NCBI GenBank assembly: GCA_964513145.1
Contig: CAZELK010000003.1
Location: forward strand, 32,001 to 96,000
Direction: 5' to 3'
Source: Candidatus Woesearchaeota archaeon
Lineage (GTDB): Archaea > Nanobdellota > Nanobdellia > SCGC-AAA011-G17 > JACPIM01
DNA: 64,000 bases
The translations under genes and the position numbers were made by a program. Below the pieces are notes generated by a model that was not told the DNA's origin, did not search any database, and saw nothing but the letters and a program-made list of their open reading frames with translations. Position 1 is the stretch's first letter. The number at the start of each line of letters is the position of its first letter. Of this stretch, positions 61,419 to 64,000 are shown piece after piece.

Positions 61419-64000
61419 ATGAAAGAACTAATAACATTTAAGGACAAGCCAAACACAAGGGTAGAAGTAGAGGAGTTATTAAATCCAACTATCAAGAAGT
61501 GGTTTTTTTCAAAATTTAAGGATTTTTCTTTGCCACAACTTTATGGAGTTTATGAGGTTCATTCTAGAAATAATGTTTTGATTTCAGCACCAACTGGTTC
61601 TGGTAAAACTTTGACTTCATTTTTAAGCATTTTAAATGAACTAGTTGATTTAGCTGAAAAAAATTTATTAGAAAATCGAATTTATTGTGTATATATAAGT
61701 CCGCTTAAAGCTTTAAATAGGGATATTTATAATAATCTCATAGAGCCTCTGGAAGAAATTGAAAAAATTGCCGGAAAAAAATTAGGTATAAGAGTCGCTG
61801 TTCGAACTGGAGATACTACGCAAGCTGAAAGAGCTTTAATGTTGAAAAATATCCCGCATATTTTAATTACAACTCCTGAAAGTGTAGCTTTATTATTATC
61901 TTCAATTAAGTTTAGGGAGAATTTGAAAAATGTTGACTTTTTAATTTTAGATGAAGTGCACTCTTTGGCTGAAAATAAAAGAGGGGTTCATTTAAGTTTA
62001 AGTTTAGAAAGATTACAGAGATTAAATCCAAATATGTGCAGAGTGGGTTTGTCAGCTACAATTGCCCCAATCCAAGAAATTGCAAAATTTTTAGTAGGCA
62101 ATTCCAGGGAATGCAAGATAATAGATGTACAATTTATTAAACAGTTAGATCTTAAAGTTTTAAGTCCCCTGCCAGATTTGATTGATATGTCTTTTTCTAA
62201 TTTAAACAAGGAGACTTATAATTTGCTGGATAAATTAATACAAGAACATAAAACAACATTAATTTTTACGAATACAAGATCAGGGACTGAAAGAGTTGTG
62301 CATCATTTGAAAATTAAATTCCCACATAAATATACTAAAATTGATGAAAAAGATTCTGGAAAAGTTGAAAGCTTGATCGGAGCACATCATGGAAGCTTAA
62401 GCAAAGATCATAGATTTCAAATTGAAGATGCTTTAAGAAAAGGAAAATTAAAAGCAGTTGTATGTTCAACTTCGCTTGAGTTGGGAGTAGACATAGGTTA
62501 TATTGATTTAGTAATTTGCTTGGGAAGCCCAAAAAGTGTTGCACGTACAACGCAGAGAACTGGTAGAAGTGGGCACAAATTACATGCAACAACAAAAGGG
62601 AGAATTATAGTTTTAGACAGGGATGATTTAGTTGAATGCAGTGTAATGGGAAAAAATGCTTTAGAGCATAAGATTGACAGGGTACATATTCCTACAAATT
62701 GTTTAGATGTTTTGGCACAGCAGATATTTGGAATTGCTTTGGAAGAGGTTATTGATATTGATGAACTATTTGATATGATTAAAAAAAGCTATTGCTACAG
62801 TAATTTAAGCAGAGGAGATTTTATGAATGTTATAAAATATCTATCTGGAGATTTTAGCACTCTTGAGGACAGGCATGTTTATGCAAAAATCTGGTTTAAT
62901 GAAAATAAGATAGGCAAAAGGGGAAGATTAGCCAGGGTAATTTATATGACTAATTCAGGGACTATTCCAGATGAAAGCAGCGTCAAAGTAAAGATTAATG
63001 ATTATAGTGTCGGGACTATTGAGGAAGAATTTCTTGAAAAATTGAAGAAAGGCGATGTTTTTGTTTTGGGGGGAAATACTTATGAGTTTAAATTTTCCAG
63101 GGGGACTGTAGCGCAAGTTGTCAGTGCAGAAGGGAAAAGACCCACAGTGCCATCATGGTTTTCTGAGATGCTTCCTTTAAGTTTTGACTTAGCCATGGAT
63201 ATCGGGAGATTTAGAAATCTTATGGATGAGAAAATGAAAAAAGAACCAAAAAAAGAGATTATAGAATTCATCAATAAATTTCTTTATGTTGACAATAATG
63301 CTGCTGAAGCTATTTATAATTATTTTAAGGAACAATTTGATTTTTTAGGAATTCCAAACAATAAGAAAATAATAATAGAAAATTACAAAGATGAAAAAGG
63401 AAAAAGATATGTCATATTTCATACGCTTTATGGAAGAAGGGTTAATGATGTTTTGAGCAGGGCTTTAGCTTATGTAATTGGCTTGACACAACATAGGGAT
63501 GTTGAAATTAGTTTTAATGACAATGGATTTTATTTGAGTTTTGAAAAAAATGTAAATGTAATAAAGGCATTTAATTCCTTGAAGAGCACAGACTTAAAAA
63601 GAATTTTAGAGTTTGCAATTGACAAGAGCGAGATCCTTAAAAGAAGATTTCGACATTGTGCCATGAGATCTTTAATGATACTTAGAGAATACAAGGGAAG
63701 AAGAAAGATGGTTGGAAGACAGCAAGTAAGCTCGATGATACTGATGAGCGCTGTTAAAAGAATAAGCAATGATTTTATAATTCTTAAAGAAGCAAGAAGA
63801 GAAATAATGGAAGACCTTATGGATATTGAGAATGCGCTTTATATTTTGGGCGAGAAAGAGAAAGGGAATATTGAAATAAAAGAAATTACTACAAATATTC
63901 CAAGCCCATTTGCCTTTAATTTAATTATACAAGGTTATTCAGATATTCTGAAAATGGAAGACAGAATTGAATTTTTAAAAAGAATGCACAAACTAGTTTT
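61419..64000 (+). CDS. lhr: Lhr-like SF2 ATP-dependent helicase (3' end beyond the window; not in ORF track)
   Basis: APTGSGKT, SPLKAL, TTPES, DEVH, LSAT, AHHGSLS, STSLELGVD and QRTGRSGH. Confidence 0.95.
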   Translation, partial: MKELITFKDKPNTRVEVEELLNPTIKKWFFSKFKDFSLPQLYGVYEVHSRNNVLISAPTGSGKTLTSFLSILNELVDLAEKNLLENRIYCVYISPLKALNRDIYNNLIEPLEEIEKIAGKKLGIRVAVRTGDTTQAERALMLKNIPHILITTPESVALLLSSIKFRENLKNVDFLILDEVHSLAENKRGVHLSLSLERLQRLNPNMCRVGLSATIAPIQEIAKFLVGNSRECKIIDVQFIKQLDLKVLSPLPDLIDMSFSNLNKETYNLLDKLIQEHKTTLIFTNTRSGTERVVHHLKIKFPHKYTKIDEKDSGKVESLIGAHHGSLSKDHRFQIEDALRKGKLKAVVCSTSLELGVDIGYIDLVICLGSPKSVARTTQRTGRSGHKLHATTKGRIIVLDRDDLVECSVMGKNALEHKIDRVHIPTNCLDVLAQQIFGIALEEVIDIDELFDMIKKSYCYSNLSRGDFMNVIKYLSGDFSTLEDRHVYAKIWFNENKIGKRGRLARVIYMTNSGTIPDESSVKVKINDYSVGTIEEEFLEKLKKGDVFVLGGNTYEFKFSRGTVAQVVSAEGKRPTVPSWFSEMLPLSFDLAMDIGRFRNLMDEKMKKEPKKEIIEFINKFLYVDNNAAEAIYNYFKEQFDFLGIPNNKKIIIENYKDEKGKRYVIFHTLYGRRVNDVLSRALAYVIGLTQHRDVEISFNDNGFYLSFEKNVNVIKAFNSLKSTDLKRILEFAIDKSEILKRRFRHCAMRSLMILREYKGRRKMVGRQQVSSMILMSAVKRISNDFIILKEARREIMEDLMDIENALYILGEKEKGNIEIKEITTNIPSPFAFNLIIQGYSDILKMEDRIEFLKRMHKLV

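Overview
AT-rich, gene-dense chromosomal window from a DPANN archaeon, most likely Woesearchaeota/Nanobdellota. This is inferred from the archaeal 16S/23S rRNA, a fused PriS-PriL primase, RFC S/L, Hjc, NreA, Kae1, CarS and a short histone-fold protein. It holds housekeeping genes (lysS, trpS, metG, rfcS/L, ychF, mtnP, pyrD/pyrC, hppA, sod, an Lhr helicase running off the right edge) and a minus-strand 16S - tRNA-Ala - 23S operon with no linked 5S. The main feature is that every stable-RNA gene is interrupted by short ORF-less introns: six in 23S, one in 16S, two in tRNA-Ala(UGC), one in tRNA-Gly(CCC) and two in tRNA-Leu(CAA), 12 in total. Most fold by hand into strict or relaxed bulge-helix-bulge (BHB) motifs. 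They leave 13-nt and 7-nt micro-exons. One 23S intron carries a tRNA-like T-arm fold, and another carries a candidate box C/D guide complementary to 23S about 30 nt downstream. Other oddities: a sigma-70-like gene directly behind the 23S gene, a dispersed REP-like hairpin family seen only in + orientation (also present inside a tRNA intron), covarying substitutions in the 16S decoding site, candidate AUU/AUC starts after strong SD motifs, and bacterial-type Gmk and TrhO (with a nearby O-methyltransferase). All alignments, folds and E. coli numbering were done by eye; no searches were run.
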